A stretch of 27,133 nt of DNA, taken from Deinococcales bacterium. GTDB lineage: Bacteria > Deinococcota > Deinococci > Deinococcales > JAAFIG01. This document shows positions 18,494 to 26,418 of the stretch, piece after piece (the first letter of the stretch is position 1; each line of letters begins with the position of its first letter). Made by a program: the position numbers and the translations under genes. The notes below the pieces were generated by a model that searched no databases, was not told where the DNA came from, and saw only the letters and a program-made list of their open reading frames with translations. The stretch lies in assembly GCA_043778225.1 (NCBI GenBank), contig JAYWGM010000042.1, forward strand, positions 1 through 27,133, given 5' to 3'.

Positions 18494-19207
18494 ATGTTTG
18501 GATTTGACCCGATGGGTTTGTTGTTAATGGCAGTGATTTTTGGCATGGGGATGCTTGGGCAGGGCTACCTCAGCAGCACCTTTGGGAAATACTCGAAAAT
18601 TCGTAATGCCAAGGATTTAACTGGCGCAGAGGTGGCTCGAGACATCCTCGATTCACACAACCTGCAACACGTGCGGGTTGAAGCCACCCCCGGACACCTG
18701 ACCGACCACTACGACCCGCTTTCTAAAACCGTGCGGCTTTCTGAACCCAATTATGCCAGTCCAAGTCTGGCGGCGTTGGCAGTGGCAGCCCACGAAGTCG
18801 GACACGCAATTCAAGACGCAAAACTCTATGCGCCCTTGGTTATGCGGGCGCGTTTGGCTGGTCCGCTTGGTGCGGTTGCTAACCTAGGGAACATGGCACT
18901 GATGGCTGGTGCGATGATGATTATGGTCGGTTTTGGTGGTGGATTTGGCACAACCTTGCTCTTGATTGGTTGCGTCGGGTTAGCGGCTTTGCTGGTTTTT
19001 CATTTGGTGACATTGCCAGTCGAGTTTGATGCCAGTAACCGCGCTTTGGCACTGCTCGAGAACAACGGCTATTTAAGCCGCGAAGAAAATGCCGGCGCTC
19101 GGAAAGTCCTCAATGCCGCCGCCATGACCTATGTGATTGCGGCTGTCTCGAGCGCTTTACAACTATTGTACTACCTCAATATGTTGCGTGGCAGCAGCGA
19201 CGAGTAA
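18494..19207 (+). CDS. YugP-like membrane zinc metallopeptidase
   Basis: GGAGG RBS; LTGAEVAR.IL, LTDHYDP..K.VRLS, AVAAHEVGHAIQD (HExxH), LVTLPVEFDAS.RAL, VLNAAAMTYV. Confidence 0.92.
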   Translation: MFGFDPMGLLLMAVIFGMGMLGQGYLSSTFGKYSKIRNAKDLTGAEVARDILDSHNLQHVRVEATPGHLTDHYDPLSKTVRLSEPNYASPSLAALAVAAHEVGHAIQDAKLYAPLVMRARLAGPLGAVANLGNMALMAGAMMIMVGFGGGFGTTLLLIGCVGLAALLVFHLVTLPVEFDASNRALALLENNGYLSREENAGARKVLNAAAMTYVIAAVSSALQLLYYLNMLRGSSDE

Positions 19208-19220
19208 ATTAGTTTGGTGC

Positions 19221-19250
19221 AAACGAACCCCGAAATGGGGTTCGTTTTTT
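19221..19250 (+). terminator. Rho-independent terminator
   Basis: AAACGAACCCC-GAAAT-GGGGTTCGTTTTTT. Confidence 0.85.
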
Positions 19251-19294
19251 GCTCATGCGTAAATTCTGTTTTTATCGTATTCTGATTTTTAATT

Positions 19295-19597
19295 ATGAAT
19301 AGAATTACCCTAAAATTCCCCAAGCCACTGCCTTCGCTCGATTCCAAGGGCAAAGAAAAACCAATGCCCTATTTTGACTGGGACAGCTTATTTGAAGAAC
19401 TGCGGCGCACCCTCGAGCCACAACTGACCGAACAACTTGGCGAACTCGAACTCGAGTTAGAACTGGCAGGGTCAGCCGAGATTCGTGTGACCGGCAATTA
19501 TCCGGGCATGAAAACGGTCGAAGTTCGTGCCATGGTTTCTGAATTGCTAGGCGAAGCGATGGAAAGTATAGATACCACAGCGTATACCGAACAATAA
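19295..19597 (+). CDS. Small acidic hypothetical protein
   Basis: 100-aa ORF with protein-like composition filling the gap between two genes; no recognised motif. Confidence 0.65.
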   Translation: MNRITLKFPKPLPSLDSKGKEKPMPYFDWDSLFEELRRTLEPQLTEQLGELELELELAGSAEIRVTGNYPGMKTVEVRAMVSELLGEAMESIDTTAYTEQ

Positions 19598-19672
19598 TCA
19601 GTCTTGCTGCTCGAGACCAGACCATCAGTTTTGCTGCTCGAGACCAGACCATCAGTCTTGCTGCTCGAGACC
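19597..19672 (+). repeat. 27-bp tandem repeat, about 2.8 copies
   Basis: ATCAGT(C/T)TTGCTGCTCGAGACCAGACC at 19597, 19624 and 19651 (partial). Confidence 0.9.
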
Positions 19673-19832
19673 GAATTGGTTTAGAATATCGGTATGAACG
19701 CACTCATGCCAAAACTTCAAATGCTGATTGCGCGAAAACCATTGCGCGGCTAAGGGCTGCGCCTCCATATCTGTTTGCGCTGCTCGAGGTTAATGCTCGA
19801 GCTACATTTTTTAGAATGTTTTAAGGAGTTTT

Positions 19833-21371
19833 ATGTCCGACCAAGAAACCCAGTCACGCCCACACGAACAAACGCCGTCACGCTCACACGAACAAATGCC
19901 GTCACGCCCACACGAACAAACCCAAGCCCGCCTAAATAATTTAGCCGCCCTCGAGCAAGCTGGCTTTGCCCGTTTTCCATATTCGTACAACCAAACGCAT
20001 TCAGCCGCCACGCTGCACGCCGCCCACCCAGCCCCACTCGAGTCTGGTTTGGAGTGGCTCGAGGAGCCCGTTTCTTTGGCGGGGAGAATTATTTCTTGGC
20101 GCGACACTGGCAAACTGATTTTCGCCGATTTACAAGACCAATCGGGGCGAATCCAATTGTTTATCTCTAAAAATGCCGTGCCACAATTTGAGGCTGCCAA
20201 GTTTATAGACCTTGGCGATATTCTTGGTGTGACTGGACACCTGATGACCACCAAAACAGGAATGCTCTCGGTCAAGGTGACTGGCTTTACGCCACTGGTT
20301 AAGTCTTTGCATCCATTGCCCAGCGATTACTATGGGCTTGCCGATAAAGAATTGCGCTACCGCCGGCGTTACTTGGACTTAATTGTCACCCCAGACTCGA
20401 GAAAAGTCTTTTTGAGGCGCAGTAAAATCGTGCGCTTTATCCGAAACTTTTTAGATAATAAAGACTTTATTGAAGTCGAAGGACCAACCCTACAAGCCAT
20501 CGCCGGTGGCACAGAAGCCAAGCCCTTTGTGACCCACCACAATGCGCTCAGTCACAATTTTTCCTTGCGGATTGCACTCGAGCTACACCTCAAGCGCCTT
20601 TTGGTCGGTGGTTTTGAGCGGGTCTATGAAATCGGACGGGTTTACCGCAACGAAGGCATTGACCAAACCCACAACCCAGAATTTACGATGCTCGAGTTGT
20701 ACCAAGCCTACACCGACTACGAAGGCATTATGCTACTTGTCGAAGAACTCTGCTCGAGTTTGGCGCTTGCCGTGGCTGGCAGCACCGATGTTGTTTATGA
20801 AGACAAAAAGCTTAATTTTGCCGCTCCGTTTGCTCGACTCGAGTACCTGCCAGCCCTTTTAGAACACGTTCCAGAACTTAATTTTGACCCACTCGAGCTA
20901 GACAAATTGCGAATTTTTTGCGACGCTCGCTATCCCCAATGGAAAGCTGTTCCAGATTATAAACTGCTCGATAAATTGTTTGGAATGTTTGTCGAACCGC
21001 TGATTTTGCATCCCACCTTTGTGATTCATCACCCAATTTTAATTAGTCCACTTGCCAAACCACACCGTAGCTTGGCTGGCGTGACCGAGCGCTTTGAGCT
21101 TTTTGCCAGTGGTTTTGAACTTGCCAATGCTTTTTCTGAACTCAATGATGCCTTTGACCAACGCGCCCGTTTTGAAGCCCAAAGCGCTCGGCGCATTGCC
21201 GGCGACGACGAAGCGCCCGAACAAGACGAGGATTTTTTGTTGGCGCTCGAGTATGGAATGCCACCCGCCGGCGGCTTAGGTATTGGGATTGACCGCCTTG
21301 TGATGTTGCTGACTAACCAAACCAGCATCCGCGATGTGCTGCTTTTTCCACTCTTAAAACCTGAAGGCTAA
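19833..21371 (+). CDS. lysS: Lysine--tRNA ligase, class II
   Basis: AAGGAG RBS; OB-fold AGRI...[93 protein letters not shown]. Confidence 0.97.
   Translation: MSDQETQSRPHEQTPSRSHEQMPSRPHEQTQARLNNLAALEQAGFARFPYSYNQTHSAATLHAAHPAPLESGLEWLEEPVSLAGRIISWRDTGKLIFADLQDQSGRIQLFISKNAVPQFEAAKFIDLGDILGVTGHLMTTKTGMLSVKVTGFTPLVKSLHPLPSDYYGLADKELRYRRRYLDLIVTPDSRKVFLRRSKIVRFIRNFLDNKDFIEVEGPTLQAIAGGTEAKPFVTHHNALSHNFSLRIALELHLKRLLVGGFERVYEIGRVYRNEGIDQTHNPEFTMLELYQAYTDYEGIMLLVEELCSSLALAVAGSTDVVYEDKKLNFAAPFARLEYLPALLEHVPELNFDPLELDKLRIFCDARYPQWKAVPDYKLLDKLFGMFVEPLILHPTFVIHHPILISPLAKPHRSLAGVTERFELFASGFELANAFSELNDAFDQRARFEAQSARRIAGDDEAPEQDEDFLLALEYGMPPAGGLGIGIDRLVMLLTNQTSIRDVLLFPLLKPEG
19851..19922 (+). repeat. 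In-frame 24-bp tandem repeat x3 in the 5' end of lysS
   Basis: C(A/C)GTCACGC(C/T)CACACGAACAAA.. x3, encoding [24 protein letters not shown]. Confidence 0.88.
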
Positions 21372-21477
21372 AAAGTTCAGCACAAAACCGCGTTCTGCGC
21401 TATACTGGGTTATTCATTCGAGCTTACTCGAAACTTACCCACTCGAGCTTTCTCGAGAATCCCCACGGAGGTTCTTC

Positions 21478-22716
21478 ATGCCCATTTTTACTTACCGAGT
21501 CCGAGATGCCGCAGGCAAAATAATTTTGTCAACCATGGAAGCCGATACGTCCAAGTCGGTGCGCGATAAATTGCGCGAAAAAAACCTGACAATTGTTTCG
21601 ATTACTGAGCCAAAAACAGGTATCAACCAAGACTTGCAATTGCCGGGTTTTTTGAACGAAGAAAACCAGATGCCCGGCTTAAAACCAGTTGCTATTTTTG
21701 CCCGTCAGATGGCAACCATGATTGATGCTGGCTTACCGTTGGTGCAATCTTTGACCATTCTGCAAAAGCAGTCCGAGCATAAGGGCTTAAAAAAGATTTT
21801 GCGTGATATTCGTCAGACGGTCGAAAGTGGTATCCCTTTTTCTGACGCTTTAATTAAGTATCCAAGTGTATTTGATCGTTTGTTTATCAATCTTGTACGG
21901 GCTGGTGAGGTTTCGGGTACGCTTGACACGGTGCTTGACCGCGTGGCAATTTTCAAAGAAAAGGACTTGGCACTGCGCGGTAAAATTCGTGGTGCGCTGA
22001 CTTACCCGACCATTGTTTTGGTGTTTGCTTTGGGTGTGACTTACTTTTTGTTGACTACGATTGTGCCGCAGTTCGCTAAAATGATTAAGGATGTCAATCC
22101 AAACGCTAGTTTGCCGGGTATCACAATCTTTTTGCAAGTGGTTTCAGATTTCTTACTGAATCAAACATGGCTCTTGGGTCTGATTATTGGTGCATTGGCG
22201 ATTGCCTACCATTACTACTACAAAACCGATCAGGGTCGCCACGTGATTGACCGTTTCAAAATGAAAGCCCCTGTTTTTGGCAATCTGATTTCTAAGGCTT
22301 CGTTGGCATCGTTCTCGAGAACCTTATCGTTGCTGATTAAAAGTGGTGTCAACATCATCGAAGCGCTGGACATCACAAGGGGGGCTTCAAACAATGCGAT
22401 TGTCGAAGATGCCCTGACCAACGCTAAAAATGCCGTCATGCAGGGCGAGCAAATGTCGCAGCCGATGGCAGCTGCCGTAGATGTTTTTCCACCAATGGTC
22501 ACTTCGATGGTTTCGATTGGCGAAGAAACGGGTGGCTTAGACACGATGCTTGATAAAGTTGCTGATTATTACGAGCGCGAAGTGGATGAAGCTGTAGACC
22601 AACTGACTGCCGCCATTGAACCGATTATGATTATTTTCTTGGGTGCAATCGTCGGTGTGATTGTGGCTGGTATGTTTTTACCGATGTTTGCCTTGATTGG
22701 CGAGTTGTCGAAGTAA
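21478..22716 (+). CDS. pilC: Type IV pilus platform protein PilC (T2SS F family)
   Basis: MPIFTYRVRD..G, FARQMATMIDAGLPL, LVRAGEVSGTLD, ALTYP, FSRTLS.LI.SGV, IGEETGGLD.ML.KVADYYE.EVD, IEPIMI. Confidence 0.93.
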   Translation: MPIFTYRVRDAAGKIILSTMEADTSKSVRDKLREKNLTIVSITEPKTGINQDLQLPGFLNEENQMPGLKPVAIFARQMATMIDAGLPLVQSLTILQKQSEHKGLKKILRDIRQTVESGIPFSDALIKYPSVFDRLFINLVRAGEVSGTLDTVLDRVAIFKEKDLALRGKIRGALTYPTIVLVFALGVTYFLLTTIVPQFAKMIKDVNPNASLPGITIFLQVVSDFLLNQTWLLGLIIGALAIAYHYYYKTDQGRHVIDRFKMKAPVFGNLISKASLASFSRTLSLLIKSGVNIIEALDITRGASNNAIVEDALTNAKNAVMQGEQMSQPMAAAVDVFPPMVTSMVSIGEETGGLDTMLDKVADYYEREVDEAVDQLTAAIEPIMIIFLGAIVGVIVAGMFLPMFALIGELSK

Positions 22717-22728
22717 ATTTGTTTTTCC

Positions 22729-22763
22729 ACACGCAATGCCACTGGATGGCATTGCGTATTTTT
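22729..22763 (+). terminator. Hairpin/terminator between pilC and ilvE
   Basis: ACGCAATGCCA-CTGGA-TGGCATTGCGT followed by ATTTTT. Confidence 0.65.
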
Positions 22764-22777
22764 AAGGAAGGAAGATT

Positions 22778-23719
22778 ATGGCTGAATTTCTCGAGTATGC
22801 GTTCTTCAAAGAAAAAATCGTGCCTTTTGCCGAAGCCAATGTTTCGGTGGCAACCTTGGCTTTACAATATGGTTTGTCGTGCTTTGGTGGCATTCGTGGC
22901 TATCGGGGCGACGATGGTGCTGTCAGTATTTTTAGATTGCCTGAGCATATGCTGCGGTTCTCGAGAAGTGCTGGGTTACTCAAAATTAAATTACCGGGCG
23001 ATGTGAATTACCTCCAGCAAGCCGTGATTGATTTGACAAGAAAGAACGCCCCCAACACCGATTGCTATTTTCGCCCGTTTGCTTATAAATCCGACCTCAG
23101 TCTTGGTCCAAGCATTGGTCATGCAGGTGGTGGCTTTACGGTTTACATGATGAACCTTGGCAATTACTTTGGCGAAGACCGACCATTGCGCTTAATGGTC
23201 TCGAGTTGGCGGCGGGTTTCTGACAATGCCATTCCAGCCCGTGGCAAAATTGGTGGGTCGTATGTCAACAGTTCAATCGCCAAAGATGAAGCCCAGATAA
23301 ACGGCTACGACGATGCAATCATGATGAATGAGCGCGGCAAAGTTGCTGAAGCCAGTGCTGCCAACCTTTTTATGGTGCGCGATGGTGTCTTGATTACCGC
23401 GCCAATTACCGCCGATGTTCTCGAGGGAATCACTCGCCGCAGTGTGATTGAACTGGCTCATTATCTCGAGATTCCAGTTTTGGAGCGCGAAATTGACCGC
23501 TCGGAACTCTATATTGCCGATGAGATTTTTTTGTCTGGGACAGCCGCCCAAGTTGCCTCGGTTGGCGAGGTAGACAAACGTATTGTTGGTAACTCGAGCT
23601 ACCCCATCACCAACAAATTACGAGCAACTTTTGAGGATGTGGTGCGTGGGCGTAACCCAGCTTTCTCGCATTGGCTGACTCGAGTTGAGGTTTCAAAGCC
23701 TTTGGCAATCAGCCATTAG
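22778..23719 (+). CDS. ilvE: Branched-chain amino acid aminotransferase (class IV)
   Basis: ALQYGLSCFGGIRGY, IFRL.EH..R, YFRP, P.RGKIGGSYVNS, AEASAANLF, LEGITRRSV, ADEIFLSGTAA. Confidence 0.92.
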   Translation: MAEFLEYAFFKEKIVPFAEANVSVATLALQYGLSCFGGIRGYRGDDGAVSIFRLPEHMLRFSRSAGLLKIKLPGDVNYLQQAVIDLTRKNAPNTDCYFRPFAYKSDLSLGPSIGHAGGGFTVYMMNLGNYFGEDRPLRLMVSSWRRVSDNAIPARGKIGGSYVNSSIAKDEAQINGYDDAIMMNERGKVAEASAANLFMVRDGVLITAPITADVLEGITRRSVIELAHYLEIPVLEREIDRSELYIADEIFLSGTAAQVASVGEVDKRIVGNSSYPITNKLRATFEDVVRGRNPAFSHWLTRVEVSKPLAISH

Positions 23720-23769
23720 ATTGTCGTTTTTGCACAGACAGTTTGTTTTTTCTCAAGTAGACTTTCACC

Positions 23770-24222
23770 ATGAAGCCTTTACGCATTCTTTTGGCATTGT
23801 TGGCACTCTCGAGTTTTGCAGTAATCGCCCAAACTGCCGCCGAATTATTGGTCGTGACCAGCATTATTGGCACACTCGATAGCTCGGTGCGTTTGCCTTC
23901 GGGGTCGTTTCAGGTGCTCAACCCGACCCTGACCAGCCAATTTGCAGATTTACTCGGTGCAGATAAGCCCAAATATGAGGGCTACACGCTTTACCTCGCC
24001 AAGGGTTTAGCCAGTAAATTAGCCGATGCTTATATCGCAAACCTAACCAGCAATTTTGCGGCGGCTGGCTATTTTGAAAACTCAAGAATCAACCTCCCAG
24101 CCCCAAGTGGCGAAGTTCGGACGCGCCTAGACTATGAAAATTTTGACAACGGTAAATTCTTGATGGTTTTTACATTGCGTAAAGCCGACACCTTTTACTT
24201 TTTGGTGGCAAAAAAGAAATAA
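23770..24222 (+). CDS. Secreted hypothetical protein
   Basis: Signal peptide MKPLRILLALLALSSFAVIA; TAGACT 6 nt before the ATG. Confidence 0.75.
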   Translation: MKPLRILLALLALSSFAVIAQTAAELLVVTSIIGTLDSSVRLPSGSFQVLNPTLTSQFADLLGADKPKYEGYTLYLAKGLASKLADAYIANLTSNFAAAGYFENSRINLPAPSGEVRTRLDYENFDNGKFLMVFTLRKADTFYFLVAKKK

Positions 24223-24224
24223 CC

Positions 24225-24416
24225 TCTTGACCATAAACACGCACCTTCTTACCCCTAAAGCAGCACCTGTCTTGATTCCATACACGCACCTAACGGGCGG
24301 AATCGCTGACGGGCTTGGGGCGCTGACGGGCATGGTCGCTTCTTGACCATAAACACGCACCTGACGGGCATGGTCGCTTCTTGACCATAAACACGCACCT
24401 GACGGGCATGGTCGCT
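24225..24416. repeat. Composite two-unit tandem repeat array
   Basis: 22-bp unit A TCTTGACCATAAACACGCACCT and 16-bp unit B GACGGGCATGGTCGCT, arranged A A' A'' B' B'' B A B A B. Confidence 0.85.
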
Positions 24417-25239
24417 AATTTGGCTCAAGCAACGGGTCATAATCATTAAAATCGCCACCGTTATCTTCTTCAAGGTCGTCATCCCAGAGCGGTTTGGTAA
24501 AATCTTTGGCTCGTTCAAGAAAACCAAGCAAAATACGATTAAACTCGGCGGGTTTCTCGAGTGGGGCGTTGTGCCCAGCCCCAGTAATCGTGACCAGTAC
24601 GCCTAAACCGGGCTTAACCCATTCAACAATTTCGTGACTGTAGCGCATCGGGGTCAACACATCGTCTGTGCCAACCGCCACCAAGACTGGCGATTCGATA
24701 GCCCGAAGCCATTTGCGTTGGTCACCAAAACCAAGCACATACTCGATACTGGCACGCAGCACTTCGGGTGGAGTGCTTTCGGCTCGAGCCAAAGCCATTT
24801 CAAGGCGGTCTTTGGCATGGGTCAGGAAATCTGCTCCAAATAACCACGGCACAGCCACGGTGTATGCCAGTCTCGAGCCACCAATTTCAAGGGCTGATAA
24901 AATACTACCAATTTTAGTCTCGAGCGGTGCATCGAGTCGGGCGAGGCTATCCACCAAGGTGAGCGAGAGGATTTTCTCGGGGTGCATCCCAGCAAAAACA
25001 ATTGCCAGTACCCCACCACCACTGTGTCCGACCAAATGAATTTTTTCTAAGTGGTGCTGCTCGAGCAATGCCATTAAATCGGTGCGGTGCGATTCAAGTG
25101 TTCCCATCGGTGAACGGTCATAACGCAATACCTGAAATTTTGCCGCTAAAGTTTCGCTGGTGCTTTTCCAAGAACTCGAGTCGTTCAATTCACCATGCAG
25201 CAATACAACGGTTTCTGTGCCAGTGCCTTCTACAATCAT
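24415..25239 (-). CDS. Alpha/beta fold hydrolase (PcaD-like) with an acidic tail
   Basis: VVLLHG, LVGHSGGG nucleophile elbow, GTDDVLTP, GAGHNAPLEKP. Confidence 0.9.
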   Translation of the reverse strand: MIVEGTGTETVVLLHGELNDSSSWKSTSETLAAKFQVLRYDRSPMGTLESHRTDLMALLEQHHLEKIHLVGHSGGGVLAIVFAGMHPEKILSLTLVDSLARLDAPLETKIGSILSALEIGGSRLAYTVAVPWLFGADFLTHAKDRLEMALARAESTPPEVLRASIEYVLGFGDQRKWLRAIESPVLVAVGTDDVLTPMRYSHEIVEWVKPGLGVLVTITGAGHNAPLEKPAEFNRILLGFLERAKDFTKPLWDDDLEEDNGGDFNDYDPLLEPN

Positions 25240-25255
25240 GGCTCGAGTCTACCGC

Positions 25256-25366
25256 GAAAGAGCAAGGGTAAAAGGGCAAGGGTAAAAGGGCAAAGGGTAA
25301 AAAGGTGAAAAGTAAAAACTTAACCCTTTTTACCTTTTCACCTTTTCACCTTTTCACCTTTTTACC
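25256..25366. repeat. Short 7-8-mer repeats forming a purine/pyrimidine inverted array
   Basis: (AAGGGTAAAAGGGC)x2...GGTAAAAAGGTGAAAAG, then (CCTTTTCA)x3 CCTTTTTACC; includes a perfect 17-bp inverted match. Confidence 0.75.
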
Positions 25367-26418
25367 TATGTTTTTAGTACCACGTGTTCGGCACTAAATC
25401 CTGGTCCCATGGCAGTCAAAAGGGCGTGTTCGCCTTTGGGGATTTCTCCTAGGCGCTGCATAAATGCCTCGAGAATAAACAGGACGGTTGGGCTGCTCAT
25501 GTTGCCGTGGTTCTCGAGAATGCGACGTGAATCTTCGAGTTTTTTGTTTTCCAGTCCGAGGGCTTCGATAAAGGCTTGCATCACTTTTTCTCCGCCCGGA
25601 TGGGTGATGAAGTGCTGGACTTGCTCGAGTTCTAGATTAAATTGCTCAAAACAACGGGTTACATCGCTACGAATATGTTTTTCGACCACCAGTGGCACAC
25701 TTTTCGAGAGCAGGACTTTTAAGCCAGTGTTGACGATTTCCCAGCCCATGACTTCTTCGGTGTCGTCCCAGAGGGTACTCGAGCCGCCCAGTATCTCTAC
25801 GCCGTGGTCTTGACCCGATAACACCACGGCGGCTGCACCGTCGGCAAAAAGACTGGTGCTGATTAAGTTGGCACGGCTTGGGTCGTTGGCTTGAAAAGTC
25901 AGGCTCGAGCATTCGACCGCCACCAACAAAACGCTGCTGTTTGGGTAAGCACGAATATACTCGGACGCACGGTTGAGTCCGGCTGCGCCACCGGCACACC
26001 CCAAGCCCCAAATCGGTAAGCGCATGGCATGCCGGCTGATACCAAGGCGCTTGATCAGCCAACTGTCCAGACTTGGCGTGGCTAAGCCGGTACTCGAGAC
26101 AAATAAAATCGCATTGATTTGCTCCGCCCCAATACCAGACTTCTCGAGCGCGGTTTTTGCGGCGCGTTCGGACATTTCTCGGGCTTGTTCAATATAAATC
26201 TGGTTGCGTTCCGACCAACTTCGTAACTCGTAATACCATTCAAGCGGGGCACTGAGGTAACGGGTTTTGACGTGTCCGTTGTCAAAAACATTGAGTAGCC
26301 GCTCGAGGTCTCGAGAAGTGTTCTTAAAAATCGCACCAATCAGGTGCCGCACCGCATCCTGAGAAACCTTGTACGGCGGTAGAGCAGTGCCTACAGCAAG
26401 AATACGAGGTTCAGACAT
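25366..26418 (-). CDS. Type III polyketide synthase (chalcone synthase-like, BpsA/SrsA type)
   Basis: Start [15 protein letters not shown] at 26418; VSSTG..TPSLD, GLGCAGG (catalytic Cys), VECSSL, LFADGAAA, HPGG (His), GNMSS (Asn), AMGPGF. Confidence 0.93.
   Translation of the reverse strand: MSEPRILAVGTALPPYKVSQDAVRHLIGAIFKNTSRDLERLLNVFDNGHVKTRYLSAPLEWYYELRSWSERNQIYIEQAREMSERAAKTALEKSGIGAEQINAILFVSSTGLATPSLDSWLIKRLGISRHAMRLPIWGLGCAGGAAGLNRASEYIRAYPNSSVLLVAVECSSLTFQANDPSRANLISTSLFADGAAAVVLSGQDHGVEILGGSSTLWDDTEEVMGWEIVNTGLKVLLSKSVPLVVEKHIRSDVTRCFEQFNLELEQVQHFITHPGGEKVMQAFIEALGLENKKLEDSRRILENHGNMSSPTVLFILEAFMQRLGEIPKGEHALLTAMGPGFSAEHVVLKT

Noticed and set aside
19264..19280. Deinococcal radiation/desiccation response motif (RDRM)-like TTCTGTTTTTATCGTAT upstream of the 19295 ORF
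   Set aside because: It has at least two mismatches to the palindromic consensus and sits in AT-rich DNA; too weak without a PWM score.
19597..19672. Mini-CRISPR
   Set aside because: The units are directly contiguous with no spacers.
24225..24416. CRISPR array
   Set aside because: The intervening sequences are themselves repeats, their lengths are irregular, and no cas genes are present in the window.
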